Counted from the stretch's first letter, positions 1-15,200 are shown. The stretch: DNA of 64,000 bases from Haplodiscus bocki (GCA_965655095.1 OZ296659.1:22506001-22570000), one strand, 5' to 3'. Numbers and translations are program-made. Notes: generated by a model from the sequence alone, not told the origin.

Positions 1-166
1 TAAATAGGTCGAGTTTGTGGCGGTTGAATTTGCAAGCGGTCGAAAAGGCGAGCGGTTGAAAGTGTGAACGGTTGAAAGTGTGAACGGTTGAAAGTGTGAA
101 CGGTTGAAATTGCAGCGGTTGAAATTGCAGCGGTTGAAATGGCGTAGGACGAAAAGACATGTAACC
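1..166. repeat. 15/16-bp tandem repeat (aacggttgaaagtgtg / gcggttgaaattgca), probably one arm end of a non-autonomous foldback/MITE element running off the window
   Basis: About 7 degenerate copies sharing CGGTTGAA, then gacgaaaagacatgtaacc; no spacers. Confidence 0.6.
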
Positions 167-3100
167 GAAGAGTTTTTACATGCAATGAAATGTACAGTTT
201 GTACATAATTTGTTCATGTTGACTCTGCGAGCTTCTTCAAAAACTTCAACCACTGCGTCAATGTGTCAAGTTCTACCTTGAAGCCATAATGGTTACCGGA
301 GAAAATGATCCTCTGATTAAGGAACCCAGAACTTTCCCTTACAGCACCTTTTCATAAAATTATCCCGATGTCGGCAATGGAGACGAGTCGATAATTGGTG
401 CAAAATACATCGTTGCACGATTTGAAAAACGCGAGAACATTGGCAATTTAAGTTTTTCTGGAAACAGTCGTAGTCCTATAGCCCTCATTGTTAATGAAAT
501 CAAAACTGCGGTTATTACCTTGTCATCCGACTTCTGGATCTGGGCAATAATATGAACTCATTTTTGTGTCTTCGTTTTCGGCTTGAATTGGATGTCAAGT
601 TTTTAGGGCTCCAATTGAAACGAGAATGCCCTCTTACTTGCGTCTTGTTTTTTTTATTCTTCGCAAAATTTCGTGACATCCGTTTTCCTGAAGCTCATAA
701 TTCCTTGCTTATTAAGGTTACCGCCATAATTTTTTTCAATAAAAGTTCGGGAGTGAAGCCTGAAGCCTGCCAAACTTTACGTCCCCAGTACTTTCGGTCT
801 TAAAAGTATCTCTTTCCTATAAGTGTGGACCCCGCTTAGTACTCCATAAGCGAGTAAGTGACGCGATAAAAGTGGCGAGAAGAATATCCGTGGTTATCCC
901 ATCCCAAATTATAACTTTTTTGACGCCGATATTTTTTCCTGAATGTACATGAATCTAGAAAAAACTGGCACTTTTTAGAAAGTTTCTCTCAGTGTTTTTT
1001 GAAGTTTTCGTTGAAAATGTTTATCTCTAAATGCTGATAAGTCGTGTGCAACCCTGAATTCCTTGATTGGTATTACCTTGTGGTGCTTTTCGAGCAAAAA
1101 TTTTTGGTGCCGATAAGTACTCGAAAAAGTGTTTTTTTTCGCTCAAAGCAATAGCAATATTCTGCATTATCCAAGGCTTCCTTCTCTGATTTCATTCTTC
1201 ATAATTGAGATACCTCGATAATATATCAACAATAGTTTCGTTTTGACGAGTGCTTCTGATTGACCTAATACCCGAACCCCATGAGCAACGTTAATAGCGC
1301 CTATGTTTATAAAACATGGTGTAATCTGAATAAGGAGACAAAATGACTTCCACAGTTTCCAAAGCTTCATGATCGGAGAATTTTGGCGACAGTTTTTTAC
1401 CGATGGTACAAAAGTTAAAATTTACATTTTCCTTATTGGGCATTCGACTACTATCATCTGTCTTGGAAACTGCTTCGAGACACCTCTTGAGGCCATGAAA
1501 ACTTTTCTGTTCTTGTTTTTTGCTCTTCAGTAATTCTTTTTGTGTTCGGATCTTCAGTTATAGTTTTCTTGCGAATAATTTTTTCTTGAATCACTTCATT
1601 AGTTGCTGAGAAAGTTTTTCCACATTTTTAGTTTTTTAGCGCACTTTGTTTTGATTTTCTGATCTATCCAATTTCCTGTTACCTTTTAGATTGAAATATC
1701 CTTTTGACATATAATGTCTCTCTATTGTGTTCTTACGTCGTTTGTTCAGTTTTTGAAACGCGGCGTCAGTAGATTGCTTAAGAAAAATTTTTTCTGTCTC
1801 ATCTGTAATTTTAATTTGTTTTAGTTTCAAAAAAATAATTTTGATTACAATAGACTTTCCACTTCTGCCATGACCCTGAGATTCTTAAGCAGGAAAAAGA
1901 TCTTTATATGTTTACCAACGGAGACTAAAAAATCTTTCAAACGAGTATCAATCAGTGAAACTAGTTTCAATGTTTGCAAAAAGCATGTGCAATATTTGAT
2001 TGGGTCCTTGTAGTGTTTCAAATTCCAATTTCTGTCGAATGCGTACATACCCTTTTTGGTTCATGGCAGAAAACAGCATCTACACCATTTCTCGTATGAA
2101 CAATCAGGTACCTTTTGTTCTCTCAACTCAAAAGTTTTCTTGTATTCTTACAATTTACGTCAATTTTTCCACGTTTCATCTTCATCCTTGAAGTAATTGA
2201 ACTTGACAATGACAATAGGTTTAACTGCGGCAATAGTTTAACTGACAATAGGTTTAAAAGGAGTTTTTGCTGACAAAAAATGGAGCGCGTTCATAGATTT
2301 CTTCTTGAAACATTTAACTTTCAGATTGTTTGCACTAAAATCTAGATTAATTTAGCTGAGCTGCAACCGGACTGATTTCGTCAGAACTGAATCGTGGAAT
2401 AGTACGCAGTCATGTTGGTTTATCACTCTCTGCTGTGCGGTGGTTGACAAAATAACCAAAAGCATTTTTTTGCGGCTTTCAGGCGACACAGCAAAACAAC
2501 AAAATCCCCTCTTGTTACATGGAAGTAAAGCTGCGCTTTGCAGCACTTCTGCCAACAGATTAGAAATCAGATCCAACGAACATAACTAAATTTCGAAGAG
2601 TCCCTTCTACAACGAAAACTTCTGATTAAACAGTCGAACTGAAATTTAAAAATCGAATTTTTTAAAAATGTATCTTCATGTGCAACAAATTTTAAGGGTT
2701 ATAGCAGGTACGTCACTATATAGTCAAGACAAGCACCCGCGCTGGGAAAAGCCACCTTAACAAACGCTGAAAACTGCTCCAGAGCGCATGTGTAAAGGGT
2801 AAGAGCATTAGAATTTACGGAGAACGCGAGTCCGGAACAGATCGAAAGTAAAACGTCTGCAGAAACTTGTAATAAAACACTTGCTTGCGAAATTATTACA
2901 CATGTGAAACAGAGCTTGGCAGGCAAAGCTGGCAAGATAAATTCTGCCAATTCTCCATAGATTTGAAAGTCAACTAACCGTAAATAGCGTGCAAAAGTTT
3001 TCAGGAACAATAACAATCCCGCGATTATCGCAGCAAAACTCAACTTTAATAAAAATCTAGAATTCCGTCAGACTGTCTGATTACTATTTCTAAAGCTTTT

Positions 3101-5734
3101 GCTACGGACTGCAAAATTTTCTGACTTCGAGAAGGCTGAATAAGTTTCATAAAAAGCAGAGTCTTTTGGAGATGATGTTTTGGTTCAGGAACAATATCAA
3201 AGATAATCGCTCTAGGGAGCACGGAGTCTCTATCATAGCCTAAACAGTAGATTCATTTAGAGTATCTAATAAATTTGAAGAACTTGTAGCAGTAGTTTTT
3301 GCGTTTGAGCCCTATCTGTGCTTTTGCGGCCATAGGTCTGAATTAGGGGTACAGGGAACATAACTGTATGAAACATTTCAAAATATTGCAGTTTCAAGTG
3401 GACTCTATAGCACAAAGTATCTTTCTGCAAAGAACTTTAGCGAATTATATAGTTTCACGAAATGAAAAGGACCGAATTAACCATTTTTTCAAGACAAAAA
3501 TTAGGTACCTTTGTGGATTTGAAAAAACTAACAACGACCATTTTCGAGCGCAAGATTTATCTTTTAGAGCATAATTCAAAAATATCAAATCTCGTGTGGG
3601 TTTTCAACGTCTTGAAAAAAGAATTTATGTGGGAAAATCGTAAAACTAGTTTTGTTTAGTTTAAAACAAAGAAAAACTGTCCTAAGGACAACTATGAGAT
3701 TTCTTGACGTACTCGGCAAAATTTATGCTATTGTGTCAAATTGGTGTTTATTGGCAAAACCGTTTTATATGGAGAACAAAGTGAGATTTAGAAGCAAACA
3801 GGATTTTAGATAATCTGGTCTACTTTTTGTTGGCACAAACGCCATTTAAGCTAATACCATCTAAACAAAACGCCTTAAAAAACCTGAAGCTCCAATGGAT
3901 AACCTGGTTTTGATTGCGTTTGCATTTCCTTTTTCGTTTGCTGGGACATGTTGCTGAAAGTTAAAATTGAAGTCACAAAGAAAGATTTCCGATTAAATTG
4001 GAAAACAGCCTAATTTCAGCCTATTTGAGAAAAACGAACACCTTTCCTGATATAGTTCTTCAATAATTGCAGCAACTCAACGTTTTGCCATAATTATAAC
4101 TCTTCATGGTAAGTCTGTATGTTAGTTGAAAACGTAATTGAAAAAGAGAAAGCGGAAGTTGCCGAAAAACGGCAAAAATAGGAAACTTTTGAAATTTTGT
4201 CATGAATTTGCAACCCTATCATGTATTTGTAATATTCACAAAGTTTTTCCATATCATTTTGCTGGTTTCAGCGCTTACAATTCCTGCTTTAAAAAGTTGA
4301 CGTGGTAGAAAGATCGGGCGAAATTAGAAAAAGGATTTTATAGCTGTCACAAAACAGCCCTTTTTCAAAAATGGAAAAGCTCAAAGTTCTTGTACTATGT
4401 TAAAAGCTCGACAATAACGGTCGAGCACTTCAGAAAACTGGGAATTGCAGTGAACTTTTAAAACATTTCAACGCAGAAAACAGCTCTTCAAATTGAAAAA
4501 CTAGTTCAGTTTTTACAGAAAAAAGGAGTCGTTGATGAAGAAAGGAATGTCGATGGCAAAAAGCCATGACCGAGCTGTGAAAACCCGAACAGTCCTAGTA
4601 CTCTGACGTATCTGAATATCATCAATAACTATTAACCGTAAGAAACATCGACTTTGACTAGGTTCATCCTACTATCATTTTGTACGAGTTGTGGACGAGG
4701 TAACCGTAATTACTCAGATCAATCTCATTAAGCTGGCGTTTGCCTGTTCAGTGACTTTTCGGTTCAGCTGTTTTCTTGTCAGAATTTTGAGTTGTCATGC
4801 GCAGCGCGATCTCTCAGCTTTCATCACTAGTCTGAACTTTTAACAACGTGTACAAAACCGCTTGTTTTGCAAATTTTTCCATTTGGCGTCTAAATTTTGC
4901 TCAACTTTCTGCCTTTTTGCGCTCCCGTTTTTTTGCCCAGAAGTAAACTACATCAATAAAAACGGACAGTACCCGGAAACTTTTGATTTTTTTTGTTAAT
5001 ATGAATTTCCGTGTTTTTCGTATACCAAAATAGCCTTCTTATTCAGAAATTGCACAGTTGAAAGTCTAGCTAAAATCAACTTTTTAGCTAGATTTTCATC
5101 AAGTACGATTAAAATGTGTACACTACTGCTCTGGAGTGGTTTTCCAAGCTTCTTTCTCAACAAAGAATTTATTTTTTTAAGCAAAGAAAAAGCTTCATCT
5201 CTCCCTAGGATGCCAATGTTCTTCAAAACCCTCATGTAGCTCCAGATCTAGTTTCACCGTTGCTGCTCGGGCTGCTTCATCGTCTGCCTTCTCCAGAAGT
5301 TGCTGAAAAGTTTGCATTCCGGAGGGCGAGGTAAAATTTTTCAATAACACTAATTTTTCGAACTTATAAAGCAATTCACTAGTTTGTTTTGTCCAAGTTT
5401 TGAGACGGCGTGCAAATTGAACACAAATCAATTCATTTTTACAACTCAGAGAACCGTTTGTCAGCAAGTTTTTTTTTCAAGTCAATTTTTTCCTACCCTT
5501 TTATTGATAACCTAATCGCACTCTTCCCTGAACAATTACGGTTAAAATTATCTAAATCTAAATTATGTACATTTTTCAAATTTCACATATTTACCTTTTT
5601 ACAATGACACAATTACCAATTAATTTCTATTGTTCTATTGATAGCTCTTCCAGTAAATCTTGTAATCACTCGTTCCAACAGCGCTTCTTTCGATGCTCGC
5701 CACGAGGTCTTCGCTACTTTTTTTTCCAAAAAAA

Positions 5735-6259
5735 TCAACTTTTTCCCAGCGCTTTTTGTCTGGCTTTGAAAAAAGCCATGATATCTGCATCCGTTTTGGC
5801 ATCTCCGGTCAGAGGAATCCCGGGAGGAAGACTGACCTTGTTGTTATTAACACCAGACACTGGCCTATTAACACTGTGACTGATCATTTTCTGACTATCA
5901 CTATTTGCCCTTGAATGAGAGGATGAACCATCAGTTCCTCCGCCTGTACTTCCATTAGTGACGTAATAATCCCGCGAAACAGAGGGCGAAGTACTTATCC
6001 CAGGCAGCTGTGGGTGGGGGTTGATGGAAGATATACTACTGCGGGATAAACTACTGGAGGATGTAGGTTGGGTGTTGTTCCTCATATATGAAGTAGATCC
6101 AGAATTATAGTATTCCGAAGCTTGATTTGATTGGTGGAAATCATTTGATTGGTCTGTTCTTGATGGTTCTTTTGGAAGGTGATGACTTTCGTCACTGGCA
6201 TATCCGGAAGAAATCCGATGAACTTCTTCAGTTGTTTTTCTCTTTGCTTCTTCTTTGGC
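5735..6259 (-). CDS. KIF6: KIF6 terminal exon 12
   Basis: Acceptor tttcag at 6260-6265; C-terminal [21 protein letters not shown]; stop at 5735. Confidence 0.9.
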   Translation of the reverse strand, partial: AKEEAKRKTTEEVHRISSGYASDESHHLPKEPSRTDQSNDFHQSNQASEYYNSGSTSYMRNNTQPTSSSSLSRSSISSINPHPQLPGISTSPSVSRDYYVTNGSTGGGTDGSSSHSRANSDSQKMISHSVNRPVSGVNNNKVSLPPGIPLTGDAKTDADIMAFFKARQKALGKS

Positions 6260-9200
6260 CTGAAAATACGGAAAAAAATTCAGCAAAGTTATTCAAAAGC
6301 AACAGAAATGATTTCGAGAAGTTTCAAGTCGTCTTTGATTGAGAAAAACAAGTTTTTTGTAACAGTTTCTACTCTCACTTCGAAAGCACTTTTACAAAAG
6401 ATGTGATTATTTGCTCGAATACGTTTTAAAAGTTGCAAACACAAATACTCGTTGATCAAACGGATTAATAATGCGAATTCTGAATGAGCTGTCCTGTCAT
6501 TAAGTTTTGAAACAAACCAGCGAAAATCTCAGTCAAACCAAGAAAATTAAGATCAGAATACTCAAGACAGAGCCGTCTCTAAAGGCTCAAAATACATTAG
6601 CGAGTATCATGAGGGAGTTTCGATTCAGTTTAAGCGGTGAGGGAACCAACAAACAGTTACCGACATTTTCACAATAAAAAAGATAATCAGAAAACTTAAA
6701 AATAATTTTTTTCAAGGTGTTCAAAACATTTTCACAATTTTGGATTTATGGCGTCCGAACACGTACCTATATTGTGTTTTCGTGCACATTATTTATCTTT
6801 TTAAACAAAAGTTTCTTGTCAAATTTTACGCAAACTTGACTACAAGGGGTTGACAGTGAAAACTAACTTCAATATCCAGTTCTTGTTTAGCCCACCAGTC
6901 TTCAAATTCTTTCACAATTTTGAGTCTGTCTTGTTCCAATAAATGCTGCAAATGCTCTATTTGCGTTTTCACTTGCTTCAATTCCTCAAACACACTCTTG
7001 TACCTGAAATAAAATTTACTTCACTATATACTCGAATATCACTCATTGAAAATGTCCACAAATTATTTTGACCGTGCTATGTTATGAAGCAATAAAGCAA
7101 GCAACAATACTTGCAAAGTTAGGAACAGCCTTTGCTGTAACGTTCCTCACATTTTTGTAGCTTCAGGTATCTAGGGTTTCGATGTTCTCTATTTTGTGAA
7201 TTAATATTCATGACTTACTTTTCCTTTTCTATCTCCATGTCTTTGCGCAGAGCAGCTTCCTCTTTGCCCACACTCGCCTGGTCATTAGTCCCAACTGCGG
7301 CACTCACTCTAGCTTGCTGTAGAGATGCTTTTATCTCGTCTGAAACAGCATACAATTTTAACACTAACACAATTTAAATTAAATTCCCACTTTTTCAAAG
7401 GTAAACTGAAAAGTTTCAAATCAATCAACATTCGCACTATTCATTTTAACGTGATCGCAAAAACATGGCAAATCCGACTTCTTAACCAAATGTTCTCTCA
7501 GTTGAAAAGGGAAGATGATAAAGTATTTAAAGTGTCTAACTGATTTTGGTTCTGCATTGGTTGACAACTTCTCCCTTCTGTTTGGCAGTAGAGTAGCACT
7601 GCTTCAGTTGTGTCTTCTTCGACTCAATCGCCACTCTGTCCCTGTAGTCTCGCTTGAATATATCAAATGCCTCCTGCCTCCCCACTGACATGTCCCCTAA
7701 AGTATACACAAACACTCATCCTTCATGAAACCCGTGCGCTTTAATGCCGCACAGAATCCAAAAATGGCATCACGCACATGCTATAACGAATAACCAGGAA
7801 TCTTTTCGTCATCAGACAGCCCAGTCTGATGACTGAGGTGAGACCAAAACATCTTGTACTGGGTTTCTGTTTTCCCTCTTAAGATGAGTGAGGTTACAAG
7901 AACTCAAAAATTGACCAACCGATCCTTTCAATTTCAACCGGCAAATAACAATTGCTAGGAACTTGCGGTGAAACAAATTAAAGGATAGTGTAACATAATA
8001 TAAACCCGTCAAAAAGCAAAAAGAAAACGCATGTTGTACAAGAAAGTGCGTGTTCTGCGGGCATTGAAAAATTATTTTCTCACAACTTGTGGTAAATTTC
8101 ATTGTTAGAAAAGAACTTCCTAGTAAATGAATTTCAATTATTGCTCACTTGCAATAATAAGTAGTATTAATGACAATTTTTCACGCGATCTTTCCATTTA
8201 AAAATGAGGTACTTCGAAAGTTTGAAGATTGTAAATACAAATCCTACCTATTTTACGTTGCACTATTGTATTAACTGTTGATTTGTGGGTGGTCTCCTTC
8301 CTTCTCGCGTTATAGGACTGACTGCTCATACTCGCAGGACTGGACCTTCCTGAAGACATGTGATTGGCTGATTCTGAGTGTCGAACTGGAGTTGTATCTT
8401 GAACCGAAGAAGTCTGTCGAGAAGCGACAGATGACGCAACAAAACTATCGGTAGACAAGCGAATATGCGAATTCGAGGAATCAAATTTATTCGAAGAAGC
8501 ATTACTCGGATTCATTTGCGAAGTATTAGCACCATTATTTGTGGAAGCTTTGCCCATCAAGTTATTCATGTTTTTGGCTTTTTCTTTCTTCAGCATTCCA
8601 ACTAAAATGTTAATCTCATTGTCTCTTTGTTTGAGTAACTCTTTTAGGTCCTTGACCTCTTTGGTGTCGTAAGCACTTTGAGGCACAACTGCGATTTGGT
8701 TTAATGTGTTTTGTTGTTGAGGTTGTACTGAAGACTCTTTGATGTTTCTTGATACTTCCAGATAAAACGACTTCAGAAAACTGAAGCAAGCGTTAATTTT
8801 ACGAATATCAGGCCCAGTGTCTAAAGAAGCTTCAGGGTCTCTTTCATTTAGGTATACTTTGCATTTTGACTTCCAAGTTTCGAGTTCTTCTGACGTAAGA
8901 GGTTCTGTGATGTCGATGCCACCTTCCGAGCCCATCACAAGTTGGGTCTTCAGTTCGGCCACTTCTCGTTTCAATTTAGCAACCATTAATCTAGGGTCCA
9001 ATTCTTCGTTCACAGAGACGTCATTTTTAATCAAGGCTACTCTTTGGGCAAACCTGCACGTTGATATAGATTCCTGCAGAAAATAACACGTTATTCTGAA
9101 GTCCTAAATTTCAATTAAATAAACTCCTCAGCCGAAGCTACAAAATCTTTCACATTAGTTACAACCCAAGACTTTTTCCGAAAAAATCACCAAATGATAA

Positions 9201-12200
9201 GTTAGTTGCGATGAAACTTAGTTTCAAGCAACAGATTTTGACGTAATAAATTGTTACCCATTTCCTTCCTCCAACAGTTTTTCACCAGAATTTTGCTACT
9301 GAGGTGTGATGCGACTGAAACTTATGCACGAGTTTCAATGATTTTGATTTGCTGAGTGGGTAAACAACTAACATCGAGGTTGCGCACTTCAACAGACATA
9401 GTGGCCACCATCGTAGTCATACAGTTGCCTCCCAAGGAGTCACGCAACACTGACGTCATCATTGAATTACGATAAGGAATGTGGGAGCGAGACTTCTCTG
9501 ACAATGCCACAATTACCTAAAAGGTTAAAATACACAAGTAAGATATACTTGAAATACCGGAAAATTGAAAATTGCTAGTCATTGGATCCATGAAATTTTT
9601 CAAACAAAAAAATGGAGCGAAAGTTATCTGTTCAGAAACATGCCCACGCAATTTTGGAATGAATGTATTTTTCAGAGCGTTTTAAGGAAAGCAACATATC
9701 TCATAAACACCGAAAGAAGAACGGTGACGCGAAAGTTTTGCTGACGCGAAAGAAAGCCGTCAATTTCATCTGCTCAAAATTTCACCAAACAGACGGACAA
9801 ATCATGGAAAATTCTTTAACGAAACCCGAACCTAATTAAATTAACCCTTCTGCCAGATCGGCAGATTAAATGTCCAATCTGTTCAATACTCTTCAAATTT
9901 CTGTTCAATTTTTTGCTCGACTTCGGTGTAACTATTATCACGCTGAACGAATAAAGCAGGCGAGTGAATGTAGCGGACGATGTGATGCACTCACTCGCTT
10001 TTTTGATTCGGCATGATCATCGTGACGCCATAACCGAAACACAATTACTGAGTTTTATTGACTCGCTATTTTCACTTGCTGGCCTTCAGTCTTTAGGCAA
10101 TGACGTCAAAAAATTGTGAGAGTTTTAGAAAGCCAAGACACGGTTCACTATTTCCATTTTATATAGGATATGATTGGTTGCCGTGCCGAGAGGCGAATAT
10201 GCTACTACATTAATTTTCATAGCTCGCATTTGTGGTCCTCTTTCCGCTCAAATTTGGTACTTCATCGAATCTTTTCAAGAGGGCCAAACCAGCTAAATTC
10301 AGTTTATAGAGCCCAATGATCAGCCCAATAGAGTCCTAACAATTATTCTACCTGTTCCAGATAATGTAAAGATAGATTGATATATTTGGCCTCAGTGAGC
10401 AGGATCCCATTCACCCCTGTTTTGTGGACCCTTTCACTTCCCGCCAAATCGACCAGATGCAGTTTGGCTTTGCGAACAGTGGCTGCCCCTGGCTCCCTGC
10501 TGGATATGTATATGGTGAAAATACAGTGAGATCTGGTCGAAGCTTGGTTCATGGGTGTCTCTGCTATCATTCTGTTGGTGTCGCCTATGAAGAGCAGATT
10601 CAGAGCGTCTTCTTCTGAGGTCGCCTGATGAAGAGACAAGTTCCTCAGGTGAACTGCACCGTCATTGTCTTCCATTAACATCACCTGAAACGATATCCTT
10701 ATTTCAACATGAGGGCGGAAATAAAAGTAATCGGTAAAAGTTTTATCCGCTCAAAATCTAACAAAACATTAGAAGACTTTTCCTTCTGCAGAAAAATAAA
10801 TAAAACCCAACATCCTCTTTCCGCCAAAAGAAAATTCGATAATTCGTTCAATAGCAATTACCAGTTCATTATATCAACGAACTTGGATTCTTTCAATTCA
10901 CTTCTTTCAGACCAACATTTTTTTCCTACTATTCACATTGCTGAGTTTGATTGGACAATAAAATCTGAATTAATGTCCATTTCTCATTATTCAACCAAAT
11001 TACATATCAACTAACTTTATTAAGGTCTTCCATTTTGCGGATTTCTTTGTTTGGATCAAGTAGATCGTATCCATTTTCATTGTAAATCTCCAAGTAAGAT
11101 ATCTGCGTTTCAAATGCCATGTTTGGTTGCATATCGAACTGAGCGAACAAGTATTCAAGTGTTCTGGGAATGATGCCTCTATCAGCATATCTTTCCGCTC
11201 CACCTGTTATCGTAAACGTTTTACCACTTCCTGTCTGAAAGCAAATTTGAAAATTGGAGCCTTTTAATTGCCGAATTTACCAAAAGATAATTGTCACGCA
11301 CAGCAATGTTTTCGCAGCACAAATTCATTCTTTGAGAGGAGGGTTACAGTGGAAACTTTCTAGAGATGGTGCATTAAAAACATGGTTAAAAACGGCAATT
11401 GGCCAATTTCACGTGAATTGACGGATAATTTCGAAAAGGCAAAAATATCATGCAAATAAAAGAAAAGTTTCAAGCCTCAGTTGCCACCGGTCAGAGAGTA
11501 TGCAAAAATACTTGGTAGCTTGTACATATAGAGGCGCCGAGATTTCTAAACAATTTTTTATTCATACGAAGAATTTTTTTCCACGGTAAAACTTGTTTCC
11601 GAAGATTGGCTTAAATTGGTTCTCAATGGCAAGCTTCTAAAAATATTAAGCCCATTTTTGTCCTAATTGGATATTAAGTAAATAATAGAATATGTTTGTT
11701 CTTCACTCTAGTGGTTCTCGCCCTGGATAGAGGGTAGACATGCCTGAGGTCAAGCACGAACCCCCATAGGCTCAGAAAAACCATGGGTTAATAAATTTCT
11801 CAACCAAGCTGCCACTGGAACGCTTTTTAGTTACTTCGCTGAGATGGGATTCAATTTTCCATTTTTTTTTCACCGGTAAGAGTTAAATCTAAATCCACAA
11901 CGCTCATTGTTGATTGTAGAATAATCGATTGTCAAAATCACCCATTCAAAACATATCCAATAAAATATTCATGCGATCATTCTAGAGCACCTTAAGACCA
12001 AAAAAAACTTGCGTGATATTTAATTTTGCTTCTTAGCGAACTTTTTTCAGAACAAATGGACAACTTTGATGTTCTCAATTTTTGCAGGTCAGATCGAAGT
12101 TGCTGATTGAAAAGCGGGAAATGATGTCGGCCAACAACTGAACTATCATATGAATCATGAAAGAGTCAGAGCTGAGTGGACTACACGTCACTCATGCAAT

Positions 12201-15200
12201 CATTCAGTTCTAGGCTCGCGAAATCAATCCCCACTTTTTCATCAGGTAGTTCCATTGCTTTGACTAGAAACTGAAAAAAAATTTTACAAGTGTTCATTCT
12301 GGACCTGGGGTCTTTTCGAGTAATTTTTGGAAACTCGATGTCTCTATATATCATTGATGGTTTCGACCAACTTGGAATGGATGATTTTGATAAATTACAT
12401 GACTGAGCAATGAACGATGTGGATTCTGCTGCAACTTTTACCAGCAAAAAAAAAGATGGACAATGGGTAATCCCCTCTCAGTGAGGCAACAGCAGACAGG
12501 CAATGAGTTGGCACTCTCTGATTGGGCAGACGCCGACCGTTCATTATCCTGTTTTCAGCTTTTATTGTATTTGGAGTCCTCTTGCTTTCGCAAAGAGAAA
12601 ACTTGTTGTCATATATTGACCCGAAACCAGTGAGTGATGAAACCACTAGAGGGAGCAGCCAAGCAGATAGTTTCATGACCCAAAATGGAGAAGAATACAG
12701 TTCAACTTCCAGCATTATTCTCATTGTTTTGACTGTGATAGGTGTGACAATATTGGATTTTGGTTTGGATGCGTGTCAATCTCCCTATAAGTTAGAAAGT
12801 ACTCATATACTAATTTAAATGAATGAAAGAATGTAATGGATTGACTTCGCGAGTCACAATTTTTTTTCAACGTTTTTCCCTATTTTATAAGGTGGAAATA
12901 TCCCGGAGTTTGCCGGGTGTCTTGTTCTTGTATTCATGCTTTGTGTACAGCACACGGACTCCGGGATAATGAAATGTGCTCTCCCTTTTCTCATAAAAAA
13001 TATTGAATGAGTAGACAGAAGTAATAACCAACCTGCCCATACGCAAAAATTGTTCCATTGTACCCGTTCAGACAGCTGAAACATCGTTTCATCACGTCAA
13101 ACTAATAAACACCTGGTGTCATCTTTGCAACGAGAGGACAGCAAAGTTTTGTAGCCTAAGGATGTAAAAGGTGAACAACAATCTTATTGAAAAATTCGAA
13201 GGTTTCAATATATTTTTGGTTCACATTGGAAACACATTGAGCGTTAACGATGCAGCATCTCACGACACTTTGGGATATTTTTCAAGAAAATTCATTTCAC
13301 AGATATCATGGATTGTTAGCCACTCATAAACCAAGAGTGGCACTCATGCGTTTCTGATATCACCACTTTTACCACGGCATGTCACTTCTGTCTGTATAAA
13401 ACTTGTCTCGAAGACTGCTTAAAAGACTCACTTGTCGACTACAGGTTGGGCAACATTCTCAAAAATGTCCTCTTGTTTGGCACAGCGATCAAAGACACGA
13501 TCAAATCTAAACAAATTTCATATTGTTGGTTACAATCAAAGTGATAGCTTTACGACCCAAACTTCAAACAACGGAATACTGTCAATATCAGGCAAGACCC
13601 ACGTGTCTCTTGCCCAATGCCTCAAACCTTTCGAAGATTAATCTTAAATTATCAAAACTTAAGTGAAGAAATCTCTCAACGTAGTCTTTTAAGAAAAGAA
13701 AACAGTGGTCTTACAACTTCAGATCTAACCAAACAGCCTTTTTAAAGTTCGGTTAGACTGAAGCCACAAAAACCATACTTTTGATTTGTAGTTCCTAGTG
13801 TAAGTTATCACTTAAAAAAGTTAAACGACGTCGATGCTGCTCGTAAGGCTTAAAATACTCGTCGGGAGAGCCCTTGACATTTTGAGAAGTCTCGTTTACT
13901 TTTTAGCAAAAATGATTACGCCAGAAGGAAGTAATAGACCTCCGCCGCTTAATTTTTTTGTCAAAAACCAAGTGGAGCGGTTAATGGACAGCTAATTGGT
14001 CGATTTAGCAATAAAGCGCCAAAACAATAATTTTCAAGAATAAAGCACCAAAACTCCAATATTGTTGAACGCGGGTTATCGATATTGCCGGTACTTTGGC
14101 GAAAGTGGCTGATAACCAACTGACGCATATTCACGGGATAACTGGGGCATCAATTTTTATGCTCGAGTTTTCGGGCCAAAATGGAAAATGCAAGGGATCT
14201 CATTTTTACTTTTGCAGCTCACGAAAATCGGTCCACGAAGCTACTGTGCGTCATGATAAAAAGCTCCGGACCCTCTCGTTTTCTCAAGGACAGCCTTCAG
14301 AAAGTAACAAAAATTCACTGATACTGCTTGATGATATCAATCCTCCGGCTTTTGTTAGAGAAATTCTTTCGAAAGGAACGAAGCATCCCACTCCAGCAAA
14401 GTTCAACAAGTTCCACTTCTTTGCAGAGATCAACCGATTACTTGAGAAACTCGATGAAAGAAAAATCGAGCCTGCATTGTTGAACCATATCAATGCAAAA
14501 GCCGTGCTCTATCCTGACAAGAGGAAACAGTATGCCAACAAGGTTGTCAGAAAAGTCGTAGGCTACCTACAGGAGAATGACATCGTGGATGTTCCATTCG
14601 ACAAAGGTCTTGGCTTCTGTTTGATGAAGAGGTCAACCTATAATGAAAAAATGGATGATCTTTGTGAACTTCCTCAATTCCAGAGGCTTGGTAAGGAACG
14701 AATCAACGCCAAGCAGTATGTCATCCGTGAGCAGGAGAGATTCAACAAGGTTTTGTTGGAATTGAAGAAGAAAGAAGAGATCTCTGAACAGCAGTGTCAG
14801 GATAACCGCTCCTGTGGTGCGCAAATCGCCAAGCTGTACGGTTTGGCTAAAGTGCATAAGAACGGAATTCCGATGCGGCCTATTGTTTCCCTGCCCGGCA
14901 CCTGTTATCAACACCTTGCAAAAAAGTTGTCCCACATAATGATTTTACTCTTGATGTTACCAGACTCTTTACTATGGTCCCAGGAGATGAGGCTACTGAG
15001 TTTGGCGCTCTTGAAGCGAATGAGCTTGGTCTACTGGCAGATTGCATGACTGTGGAAACCTTCCAATTTCTGTTACGACTGTGTGTGAAAGATGTTTTAT
15101 TTGCTAATTCTGAAGGTCGCTTGTACAGGCAGGTAGACGGGGTCGCAATGGGAAGCGCCCTTGGGCCTCACTTAGCAAATCTCTTCGCGGCACAGTTTGA

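Noticed and set aside
1-140. CRISPR array or iterons
   Set aside because: Repeats are contiguous with no unique spacers, the context is eukaryotic and there are no cas genes.
200-5470. Genes in the short ORFs downstream of KIF6 (e.g. 1167-2048, 2699-3043, 4996-5467)
   Set aside because: Some look like decayed coding sequence, but no family motif or consistent exon chain could be supported.
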